A stretch of 24,659 nt of DNA from a virus. Its lineage: Duplodnaviria > Caudoviricetes. Below, in pieces: positions 7,355 to 15,202 of the stretch; positions within the stretch are counted from its first letter, which is position 1, and each line of letters starts with the position of its first letter. A program made the position numbers and the translations under genes. The DNA is taken from positions 1 through 24,659 of the IMG/VR virus record IMGVR_UViG_3300037484_000212; one strand, written 5' to 3'. The notes beneath the pieces are model-generated. The model had not been told where the DNA came from. It searched no databases and saw only the letters and a list, made by a program, of their open reading frames with translations.

Positions 7355-8319
7355 TGGCGCGTCTACAGTTCCGCGAAGCGGCGGGACAGGCAAAGCAGAT
7401 TTCTCAACGGCTCAGGCGGATACAAACAAAACTCGATAGGCTTGTCGCGGAAGTTGCTGGGACAAGTGAAACATCGAACACTTACTGGCTCATGACCAGG
7501 CGTGAAATGACCGCGCTCTATGAAGAGATGCGGGCCATTACAAAGAGATTTGTTACCGCACAGATTCCGGCCGCGTATGACCAATCCGTACGTGATGAAA
7601 TCGCAAAGCTCAAGGCGTCCGAGTTCACTCCGCGGACGATTCACTACAACGCCTTTTCGCGGTCGAATGTGTATGTCCAGGGCCTGGCGTCGATTCTTAA
7701 CGATACCCTCTCCGCGTTCGATCAAGGGTATCTGTCTGGGGAGGCCACGTTCAACAGGCTCATGCGGGCCACGCAACAGGTCAACCTCGCCGAGAAACAA
7801 ATCAACCAGGCGATTCAGGAAGGATACCTCGAAAGCGGATCGCCTCAGGGGACGGCAAAGAATCTACGGGAAGCGCTTTTAGAAAAATTAAAAGATGGGA
7901 AATTCGTAACCATCGTTGACAAAAACGGAGATACCCGCCAGTACACCGTGGACGCATATGCCGAGATGGTGACACGGACGAAGCTCATCGAAGCAACGAC
8001 GATGGGCGTGACTACGGCCGTGCGCGCGGCAGGGGGCGACCTTGTGCAGGTGAGCGCGCATAATACGAATTGTGAAATTTGCATGGAGTTCGAGGGGAAA
8101 ATATACAGCCTCTCAGGCGATGATCCAGACTTCCCGCCGGCGACGGAGCTTCCTGGATTTCATCCAAATTGCCGCCACACAATAGATTCAGCGTTTCGGG
8201 AAGGCATGGAAGTACAGGGGACGCTCGAAGACTTTATCGAGTTCTCGAATGGCGAAACCGAAGAGCACCCGACGCGGGATAGCTTCGTGCCGGTCTCGCA
8301 AAGAAAAGGTGAAGACTAA
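7354..8319 (+). CDS. Minor head protein (phage minor capsid 2 / MuF-related), 321 aa, no C-terminal extension
   Basis: YAEMVTRT, DLVQVSAH...CEICMEFEGKIYS and FHPNCRH motifs. TGATG overlap with the connector stop; AAGGAG at 7342-7347. Confidence 0.85.
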   Translation: MARLQFREAAGQAKQISQRLRRIQTKLDRLVAEVAGTSETSNTYWLMTRREMTALYEEMRAITKRFVTAQIPAAYDQSVRDEIAKLKASEFTPRTIHYNAFSRSNVYVQGLASILNDTLSAFDQGYLSGEATFNRLMRATQQVNLAEKQINQAIQEGYLESGSPQGTAKNLREALLEKLKDGKFVTIVDKNGDTRQYTVDAYAEMVTRTKLIEATTMGVTTAVRAAGGDLVQVSAHNTNCEICMEFEGKIYSLSGDDPDFPPATELPGFHPNCRHTIDSAFREGMEVQGTLEDFIEFSNGETEEHPTRDSFVPVSQRKGED

Positions 8320-10007
8320 TGGGCATGATTCAGCTACGCGACATCGACCTTGAAAAAGCGCGTAAAAACAAAAGCCCGGACAGGACCTGGCGGCTGTTCC
8401 AGGAGATGGGCCTTCTTGATGGATCTTCACTCAAGGATCGCAACTATTCGGGCGTTGACGGCGTGTGGGCGGGAAAGCCTGCCTACGTCATCGGGACAGG
8501 CAAAGGCCTCAAGAACACGCTCGCGGCCGTCGGCGGGTGGGAGTTCTTCCTGGGGAAACATACCATCGGGATTAACCACGCCATTGAGGATTGGGATGGA
8601 TTCGAGTGGTTCCTGTTTCTTGACGAACGGTTTATCAAACGCACGACCTACGACCTCGGCCGTTATCGCGGACTCATTTTCGCTCAGGCAACAACGGGGC
8701 TGAAGCCGAGCGGTAACGTGAAGGTGTTTTTCTGCCAGCGACGGGGGCCGAGTGAACGGCTAAAGGATGGACTTTTCAACGGGAACCTGTCTGGGCTGGC
8801 GGCGTTGAATCTCGCTATTTGCTCAGGGGCCGACCCTATCTATCTCATCGGTAACGGCGGTGACGGGGAAGCGACGGCGCAGAGTTACCACTACAAGGAA
8901 AACTATACCGCCGAGATAAAGGAACCGAAGCGGCTCAAGAAGTTTCAAAACGTGCTCAAGTACTTTGACCACTTCGCGCCCTGGGCGTCTCGGATTATCC
9001 ACGTCTCGAAAGTATCTGACATCCCGACTTTCAAGCGCATCGATCACGCAACTTTCGCGGCCAGGCACAAACTTATGCCCCGCATCGAGGCCCGAACGGC
9101 CCGGATCGTCCACCTTTCATTTTCCGGGGACATCAAGGTTCATGGAGACATCACCCGGCACGTTTTCGCCGAGTGTGTGGGCAAGCATATGATCGTCGAC
9201 GCGAGGAAAGGTATCCCCCCGGCTGACCTGTATATCGCCGAGCATTTCCTATCGACCACGCAGGCGATTAACGTTATGACTCCCGCGCAGAAAGCGAAGA
9301 CAATAAATATTGTCCATACCGTGAACGTGCTCCCGCAAGGAACATGGGGAAAGACCATCGCGCTCACCCATGCATGGAAGCGCTGGTTGCAAAAGCACCT
9401 CATCAAGGTCGACCGCGTGATCGTCCCCGGTATCGACCTTGCGCCTTATCGTGACGTGGCGCCTGACTATTCCGCTCAGGTGTTCGGCCGTATGACCCGC
9501 TGGAGCGCGTCAAAGGTGCACCCTGAATGGAACCGGGCGACACTCGAAATACTCGCAGCGGTTCCGGGAAGCCGGTGCGTCATGTTCACGGAAAAGCCGG
9601 AAGGCGGCTCGCGGCCGTTTCTGAAAAATGAGCGCGTCACTTATGACCATAGTTGCCGAATCGATATGTTCAAGGGCGACTTCCTCCGCCGATTATCGGT
9701 CTACGTTCATGCGAACGGGAGTTTCAAAGAGACGCTTTCCTTCGCCGTGATAGAGGCTATGGCGACCGGACTGCCGATTATCTATCTTGACGAAGGGACG
9801 GGGGTACTCGAAGAAGTGACCGGCGGGATAGGGATACGGTGCGCGACTATCAACGCCGCCAGGGATTCAGTGATTGACCTATTGCGCGATACCGGGAAAC
9901 GTAAAGCGCTCGGCGCAAAATGCCGGGAGTTTGCTTTTTCCCGATACGATAAAACAAGAATGGTGAGCGAGTTTAATTCGATCATCGAAGAAGAATTGAG
10001 GAGATAA
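8319..10007 (+). CDS. Two-domain glycosyltransferase: N-terminal Maf/DUF115-sialyltransferase-like domain + C-terminal GT-B (GT4-like) domain
   Basis: N-domain GKPAYVIGTGKGL...TIGINHA...FLFLD...SGLAALNLAICSGADPIYLIG. C-domain VIVPGIDL...ETLSFAVIEAMATGLPII (E-x7-E motif). TAATG overlap with the upstream gene. Confidence 0.8.
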   Translation: MGMIQLRDIDLEKARKNKSPDRTWRLFQEMGLLDGSSLKDRNYSGVDGVWAGKPAYVIGTGKGLKNTLAAVGGWEFFLGKHTIGINHAIEDWDGFEWFLFLDERFIKRTTYDLGRYRGLIFAQATTGLKPSGNVKVFFCQRRGPSERLKDGLFNGNLSGLAALNLAICSGADPIYLIGNGGDGEATAQSYHYKENYTAEIKEPKRLKKFQNVLKYFDHFAPWASRIIHVSKVSDIPTFKRIDHATFAARHKLMPRIEARTARIVHLSFSGDIKVHGDITRHVFAECVGKHMIVDARKGIPPADLYIAEHFLSTTQAINVMTPAQKAKTINIVHTVNVLPQGTWGKTIALTHAWKRWLQKHLIKVDRVIVPGIDLAPYRDVAPDYSAQVFGRMTRWSASKVHPEWNRATLEILAAVPGSRCVMFTEKPEGGSRPFLKNERVTYDHSCRIDMFKGDFLRRLSVYVHANGSFKETLSFAVIEAMATGLPIIYLDEGTGVLEEVTGGIGIRCATINAARDSVIDLLRDTGKRKALGAKCREFAFSRYDKTRMVSEFNSIIEEELRR

Positions 10008-10009
10008 AC

Positions 10010-10210
10010 ATGGGCGGAAAGGAAGCGAAACGCTACAGGAAACTATCGCGGCAAGCAATCGAGATGGGGACGCGGGCGAAGTTTGAAGTACTTGTCGGCA
10101 AGGCGAAGCGGGCGCTCCGTCGCCAGGCGGTGCTCATAGGGGCAATTATCGCGCTCACCCCTGCGAACGTATACGCGGCCTATCTGCTCATAAAGGAGAT
10201 CGTAAAATGA
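10010..10210 (+). CDS. Small basic protein with one C-terminal hydrophobic helix
   Basis: GAGGAG RBS. Fills the gap exactly; stop overlaps the neuA start (ATGA). Hydrophobic stretch AVLIGAIIALTPANVYAAYLLI. Confidence 0.65.
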   Translation: MGGKEAKRYRKLSRQAIEMGTRAKFEVLVGKAKRALRRQAVLIGAIIALTPANVYAAYLLIKEIVK

Positions 10211-10833
10211 AGATAGTCACGGTCATCCTCGCTCGCGCGGGAAGCAAACGGATACCCAAGAAGAACATCGCTTTGCTCAAAGGCGTCCCGCTCATCGAGT
10301 ACACTTTGCGGGATGCCGTGGCGCTTGGGTTCCCGGTCTACGTCTATACCGATATGCCGGAAGTCCGCGCGGTTGCGTCCACTTACCAGGTCGAAGTGAG
10401 GGGCAAGTTATTCGAGCATGCCGATGGGGTCCACGAAACCGGCAAGGAACTGGCGGAGTACAACAAAGAGCTTCAAGCAGATCATATCATTCTTTTACAA
10501 CCGACCTCGCCGCTCCGAGACGTGCCGCGCATAAAGGAATGGGTCAAGCAATATCTCGATGGCAGATACTCTGTCGGGCTGGCCGCGAAGGCTTTGAAAC
10601 CGGCATTCTACTACGACGAAGCGGGTGGCGCTCTCAACTTCTTTGACAAATATCGGGACTACAACTCGACCGGGAAAAGCATCATCTACCGGGAAACGGG
10701 ATCATTTTACATTTTCAAGGCTGACCAGATACGGGAAAACCATTTTGCCAACTCGAAGGCGCGGATCATTTTTCCAGATCCGTATGACAACGACATCGAC
10801 AACCTGAAAGAACTATTAGAGGCAGGGAAATGA
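10207..10833 (+). CDS. neuA: Acylneuraminate cytidylyltransferase (CMP-nonulosonate synthetase)
   Basis: ILARAGSKRIPKKNI, LLQPTSPLR, ETGSFYIF and DID motifs. Confidence 0.92.
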   Translation: MKIVTVILARAGSKRIPKKNIALLKGVPLIEYTLRDAVALGFPVYVYTDMPEVRAVASTYQVEVRGKLFEHADGVHETGKELAEYNKELQADHIILLQPTSPLRDVPRIKEWVKQYLDGRYSVGLAAKALKPAFYYDEAGGALNFFDKYRDYNSTGKSIIYRETGSFYIFKADQIRENHFANSKARIIFPDPYDNDIDNLKELLEAGK

Positions 10834-11126
10834 AGACGTACGTCATCGACATCGATGGAACACTTATAAAAAGCGAGCGCGTGGATTGTGGAATCTGTTT
10901 CCGCGCTCAATATAGAATAGTGAAAGTGAACAAGAAGGAAATTGAGGCCGTCAATCGACATTACGCCGAGGGAGATACGATCATACTCTGGACCGGGCGA
11001 GGGTGGGACTTGTATAAAACAACGGTAGATCAATTGCGCCGTATTGGAGTAAGATATCACGAACTTTACATGGGCAAACCGATAGGAATATACGTTGACG
11101 CAGATGCTTTAAGGAGTCTGACATGA
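10830..11126 (+). CDS. Minimal capless HAD-superfamily phosphatase
   Basis: Motif I YVIDIDGTL, motif II LWTGR, motif III/IV MGKP..IYVDAD. ATGA overlaps at both ends. Confidence 0.85.
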   Translation: MKTYVIDIDGTLIKSERVDCGICFRAQYRIVKVNKKEIEAVNRHYAEGDTIILWTGRGWDLYKTTVDQLRRIGVRYHELYMGKPIGIYVDADALRSLT

Positions 11127-11944
11127 AAGTTCGGCTCATCGAAGAAATTGGGTGCAACCATCAAGGGGACATGAAAATCGCCCGCCAGATGATCGATGAT
11201 GCGGCCCGGCTCGGCGTGTGGGCGGTGAAGTTCCAGAAGCGCGATACCGAAAGCCTTGGCGAAGCACTCCGGCTCATGCCGCGCGATCCAGCTACCAGCT
11301 TCGGCGGGAACTACTACGAACACCGAAAAGCACTTGAGTTAACGGCCGGCCAACTCGAAGACCTTTTGATTTCCGCGCATAACCTCGGGCTTGCGGCCGG
11401 GGTGTCCGTGTTCGATATGGTGTCCATCGAGGAGATGAAAAAGCTCCCATGGGACTTCATCAAGCTCCCGAGTCAGTTCTATACACACTACGCTTTCACG
11501 CGCGCGCTCATGGGCTGGAATTATTCCTTCATGGCTTCAACCGGGATGCACACCTTTGACGAAATCACCGGCTGGCAGTTTTTCGGTAAGCACGACGTGA
11601 CCATGTACTGCCGGTCCCTCTACCCGGCGACAATCGATCAAGTACGCATGGCTGAATTCAGGGCGCTCCGGGATGCGCTCAAGGGGTCGACCATCGGATA
11701 TTCAAGCCACGAAAGAGACGGGGAGGCAATCCCGATGATGGTGCTCCTCGGGGCTGAATACATCGAAAGGCACTACACTCTCGACAAAACCATGAAGGGG
11801 TCAGACCACAAAACCGTATCATCCGATTTCCGCGATATGGAAAAGATCATCGCGGCCGTCAAGCAGGTCGAGGAGTCGGAGGGCGCTGTCCAGGACATCA
11901 TCGATGCGGAGAAGAAAGTCCGCAAAGTCTACAGGGGGTTTTAG
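11123..11944 (+). CDS. neuB: N-acetylneuraminate(-9-phosphate) synthase family protein, lacking C-terminal AFP/SAF domain
   Basis: EIGCNHQGD, AVKFQKR, STGM, CRSLYP, GYSSHE and IERHYTLDKTMKGSDH motifs; 273 aa. Confidence 0.93.
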   Translation: MKVRLIEEIGCNHQGDMKIARQMIDDAARLGVWAVKFQKRDTESLGEALRLMPRDPATSFGGNYYEHRKALELTAGQLEDLLISAHNLGLAAGVSVFDMVSIEEMKKLPWDFIKLPSQFYTHYAFTRALMGWNYSFMASTGMHTFDEITGWQFFGKHDVTMYCRSLYPATIDQVRMAEFRALRDALKGSTIGYSSHERDGEAIPMMVLLGAEYIERHYTLDKTMKGSDHKTVSSDFRDMEKIIAAVKQVEESEGAVQDIIDAEKKVRKVYRGF

Positions 11945-11945
11945 C

Positions 11946-12056
11946 ATGGACGCGAGAAAGAAAGACAAAATCATGTGGAACGCCATCATCATTATCAGTG
12001 CTCTCAATATCGCGCAAACCATCTTCTTTATTGTTTTAAGAGAGGTAATGAAGTGA
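11946..12056 (+). CDS. 36-aa single-TM microprotein (not in ORF track)
   Basis: MDARKKDKIMWNAIIIISALNIAQTIFFIVLREVMK*. Starts 1 nt after the neuB stop, preceded by AGGGGG; stop overlaps the next GTG (GTGA). Confidence 0.6.
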   Translation: MDARKKDKIMWNAIIIISALNIAQTIFFIVLREVMK

Positions 12057-12583
12057 ATATACCGGAGCGGACGAAAGCAAGCATCGCCGGACTCGACGCC
12101 ATGTGCCGGTGGCTCGTGGAAAAATTAGACGGGCGCACCGATTTGATTATGGCGGAGATAGGCGTATGGACCGGGGCAGGGACTCAAGTATTCGCGAAAT
12201 ACTTCGATAAGATTTACGCTGTCGATCCATGGTCATCCGATCAACCTGAAATAGCGAGCGAGTACGACATGAAGCAGGTTGAAGCAATCTTTGACATGCG
12301 CTTTTCCATGAATGAAAAAGTCATCAAGGTCAAGCAACCATCCCCCGGAGCTGCGGCGCGCTATAAGAATGGCTTTTTCGATATGGTCTACATCGACGCC
12401 ATCCATGGATACGAAGGAGTCAAGGCGGACATCAAAGCATGGTTTCCGAAGGTACGGCTTGGCGGGTTCCTTTGTGGGCATGATTATTCGCGTAAGTTTC
12501 CGAGCGTTGTAAGGGCGGTCGATGAACTGCGCGGCGGACGGCATAAAATGTTTCCCGATACTTCCTGGGCGGTGAGAATATGA
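12053..12583 (+). CDS. Class I SAM-dependent methyltransferase (Methyltransf_24-like)
   Basis: AEIGVWTGAGT, YAVDPW and FDMVYIDAIHGYEGVKADIKAWFPKVRLGGFLCGHDY motifs. GAGGT RBS before GTG 12053. Confidence 0.88.
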   Translation: MNIPERTKASIAGLDAMCRWLVEKLDGRTDLIMAEIGVWTGAGTQVFAKYFDKIYAVDPWSSDQPEIASEYDMKQVEAIFDMRFSMNEKVIKVKQPSPGAAARYKNGFFDMVYIDAIHGYEGVKADIKAWFPKVRLGGFLCGHDYSRKFPSVVRAVDELRGGRHKMFPDTSWAVRI

Positions 12584-13188
12584 AGCGGGGAATCATAGTA
12601 TCAATCCAAGGATACCAGCCTAAAACGACCGGGGAACTGGCGAGCGAAGCAGTCAGGGCCGGGGCAATCGCGCTTCGCACGGATAAGTTGATCCGTCTGC
12701 AGGAAGGCGTCGAGCGCGTGCCTGTTATCGGGTTGCAGAAAATGCACGTCAACGCGCCAGCGCGAGAGGCGTATATCACCGTGACCATTGAGGCGGTCCA
12801 AGAGGTGGCGAAATGGGCGGATTACGTGGCGGTCGATTGCCGTACCTGCAACGTGAAGCGCATGGATATCCTCGCATGGTGCAAGGAGAACAATATCAAG
12901 GTGGTTGCCGACATCGCCACCTTCGACGATTGGGCCTCACTTCAGGGCCAAGCCTATGCGTTCGCGGCTACGACACTTTCAGTCTTTCACAAAAATCACC
13001 GGCCAGACCTGGCGCTGGTTGACCAGATTATCGAGGCTGGTGAAAAGAACATCATAGCCGAGGGGAACTATGCGACCCGTAAAGATGTGCAGACGGTACT
13101 AAAACGAGGAGCCCGATGCGTATGTATCGGGGGAGCGATCAGTAATGTGTACAAGCTGACGCGCAAATTTACAACCGTGGAGTTTTAA
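12580..13188 (+). CDS. nanE: N-acetylmannosamine-6-phosphate 2-epimerase
   Basis: GIIVSIQ, AGAIALR, PVIGLQK (catalytic Lys position), YIT, VADI, ATTLS, PDLALV, IIAEG and IGGAI occur in NanE order. Confidence 0.85.
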   Translation: MKRGIIVSIQGYQPKTTGELASEAVRAGAIALRTDKLIRLQEGVERVPVIGLQKMHVNAPAREAYITVTIEAVQEVAKWADYVAVDCRTCNVKRMDILAWCKENNIKVVADIATFDDWASLQGQAYAFAATTLSVFHKNHRPDLALVDQIIEAGEKNIIAEGNYATRKDVQTVLKRGARCVCIGGAISNVYKLTRKFTTVEF

Positions 13189-13853
13189 TGATGAAACAGA
13201 AACAACTCGCCTTTAATATGAATCGCTTTTGGAATGGAACAAACGAAAGAAACGCACACCTCGGATTGTCTGGCGAGGCGGAATATCTGATCGAACGGTG
13301 CCGCACTATCGTAGCTGAAATGGGGAGCGTGAAAAATAAAACTGTCATTGATTTCGGTCATGGCGGCGGATATATGGGCCTGGTAATACTCGAAGGCGGA
13401 GCCAAAAAATATATCGGATATGACATCGCCGAGAGATCGAACAAACGGGCGGCGGCGAATCTCGCAGAGTTTGAAAACAAAGAGCTCATCCTATTAAAAG
13501 AACACCGCTGGAACTTCGCGGAAAAAACGCCTGACATCATCGTGGCCTTGGCGGTTATTATCCATTTCCCGACCCGGCTTTATCTCGACAACTTCCTGAA
13601 GACTTGTGATGAATCCGGCGCGAAAAAACTTGTCCTCGAAATCAGAGACATGGGGCGCGGGACTGAATTACAACGCGAACCATATAGCGAATCGAGCTTC
13701 GCGCTACGACCGCGCACCTGTCTCACGTGTAACACCGATGAGAAATATGTGTCGGCGCATTTGACGAATTATGAATTGATGAAGGCGGGCGAGCGGAATG
13801 ACAACGGGTTGCAAGTCCTTTGGTTCACGAGAAAGCGAAAGGAACGCGAATGA
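13188..13853 (+). CDS. Class I SAM-dependent methyltransferase
   Basis: VIDFGHGGG, YIGYDI and DIIVALAVIIHFP motifs; TAATG overlap with nanE. Confidence 0.82.
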   Translation: MMKQKQLAFNMNRFWNGTNERNAHLGLSGEAEYLIERCRTIVAEMGSVKNKTVIDFGHGGGYMGLVILEGGAKKYIGYDIAERSNKRAAANLAEFENKELILLKEHRWNFAEKTPDIIVALAVIIHFPTRLYLDNFLKTCDESGAKKLVLEIRDMGRGTELQREPYSESSFALRPRTCLTCNTDEKYVSAHLTNYELMKAGERNDNGLQVLWFTRKRKERE

Positions 13854-14173
13854 TAAGCACGTATCTCACCGATACCGTAGACATCGTGACTCGGATAGTC
13901 GATCAATGGGGAGCGGTTACGGAAACGACTCAGGCGGGAGTGCGCGCGCGATGGGAGGATAAGAATTCTATCGTCCGCGACCAGACCGGGAAAGAAGTTG
14001 TCTCAAACGTCCACCTATTGCTTGACCCGGCGGCTTTGGTGAGTTATCAAAGTATGTTCATGCTCAAGATGCGATGCGGGAAGACGGCGGAACTCCCGGC
14101 GAAGAAGTGGCCGGTGAAGTCGTTTACTAAAGGCCATGGATTTGCTATACTTGATTGGGAGGTATGGCTTTGA
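13850..14173 (+). CDS. Head-closure / head-tail joining protein
   Basis: 107-aa beta-rich protein (DQWG...VRARWE...IVRDQTGKEVVS). ATGA overlap; first of the neck trio. Confidence 0.7.
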   Translation: MISTYLTDTVDIVTRIVDQWGAVTETTQAGVRARWEDKNSIVRDQTGKEVVSNVHLLLDPAALVSYQSMFMLKMRCGKTAELPAKKWPVKSFTKGHGFAILDWEVWL

Positions 14174-14682
14174 GTTTTACGTTCAAGGCGACGTTGCCTG
14201 ACGGTTTAAAAAGATATCAACAGCTCGTAGCCATGGACAAAACGGGAGGCGTTGACTTTCACGCGAAATCTCAAGTCGCCATGCAGTTTTTGAATTGGTG
14301 CAACCAAGGGAGTTCGAACGATTCGACGGTGCCGCCGATCGATACAAGTAATTTGCGCGGGTCGGCGTCCGTGTTCGTTGGCCCGGTACTCATACAGGAC
14401 ACGCGCGGAATGTATAAAAAGGGGACGCCTGCTAAAACGCACAACGCGCCAATGCACATTATCACCATCGTTTACAATACGATATACGCCGCGAAGATGC
14501 ACGAGGATACATGGCTTCCGGGAGGAAGAAATCCAAGCGCGAAGAAGATGGCGTCTAATCTTGCGCGGTCCGCAACTTTTGGCGATGTCGGGAATAAGTG
14601 GCTGGAAAAGCACATGACCGCCGACGGGAAAGACCTGCTTGAAATGTACGCGATGCTTTTGAAGAAGGGAACGGGCGCATGA
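14164..14682 (+). CDS. Neck/tail-completion protein (HK97 gp10-like)
   Basis: PPIDTSNLRGS, VYNTIYAAKMHE and GNKWLE motifs. GGAGG precedes ATG 14164. Confidence 0.75.
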   Translation: MALSFTFKATLPDGLKRYQQLVAMDKTGGVDFHAKSQVAMQFLNWCNQGSSNDSTVPPIDTSNLRGSASVFVGPVLIQDTRGMYKKGTPAKTHNAPMHIITIVYNTIYAAKMHEDTWLPGGRNPSAKKMASNLARSATFGDVGNKWLEKHMTADGKDLLEMYAMLLKKGTGA

Positions 14683-14786
14683 CAGCATATTCAATCATCG
14701 CATGTGTAATCGATGTGTTTGTAATCATTATCAATATTGTGCTGGTAATTTATATTATTAGAAACAAGAGGAGCCGGGGCGCATGA
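14673..14786 (+). repeat. 10-bp direct repeat GGGCGCATGA at 14673-14682 and 14777-14786
   Basis: Exact copies read from the sequence. Each contains the ATGA stop/start junction, and together they flank the microprotein ORF. Confidence 0.8.
14679..14786 (+). CDS. 35-aa AT-rich single-TM microprotein (not in ORF track)
   Basis: MTAYSIIACVIDVFVIIINIVLVIYIIRNKRSRGA*, with ATGA overlaps at both ends. Confidence 0.6.
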   Translation: MTAYSIIACVIDVFVIIINIVLVIYIIRNKRSRGA

Positions 14787-15202
14787 TTATAATTTATAAC
14801 TTCGTCCAGCACCTTCGAAACGAATTCCCTGCGCTCGACTTCTACGCGAACATCAGAGAGAATACCGCCCTACAGGTCACGCTTCCCGACCGTTGCATTC
14901 TTGTACAGGATTCAGGCGGGCCAAGCCAGCCGTGGACGAAGTATAGCACCGCTCATTTCCAAGTGCTCAACCGCGATTTGAGCTCGCCGGTGGCCGCGAA
15001 GGACGCTAAGGATATCTTTGACGAACTTCATGGCCGATTCGGCCTCATACTCCCCGCCGCGTTAAACGTGAACGGGGTAAACTATCCGGCCGTACAAGTG
15101 TCGGAAATAGCCGCCATTCAGCTCCCGTATTGTATAGGGCAGGATGGCGCAGGAAGAACGTCGTTTACGACGAATTATGGAGTCATATATGAGGAGTCAT
15201 AA
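14783..15202 (+). CDS. Tail terminator protein
   Basis: 139 aa directly before the tail tube, with ILVQDSGG...FQVLNRD...IFDELHG...IGQDGAGRTSFTTNY pattern. Confidence 0.75.
   Translation: MIIIYNFVQHLRNEFPALDFYANIRENTALQVTLPDRCILVQDSGGPSQPWTKYSTAHFQVLNRDLSSPVAAKDAKDIFDELHGRFGLILPAALNVNGVNYPAVQVSEIAAIQLPYCIGQDGAGRTSFTTNYGVIYEES

Noticed and set aside
8319-13853. Cassette as a captured host capsule/O-antigen locus or a DNA hypermodification system
   Set aside because: There are no export/polymerase genes, no composition break and no nucleotide-modifying enzymes, and it is coupled to structural genes at both ends. Disfavoured but not formally excluded.
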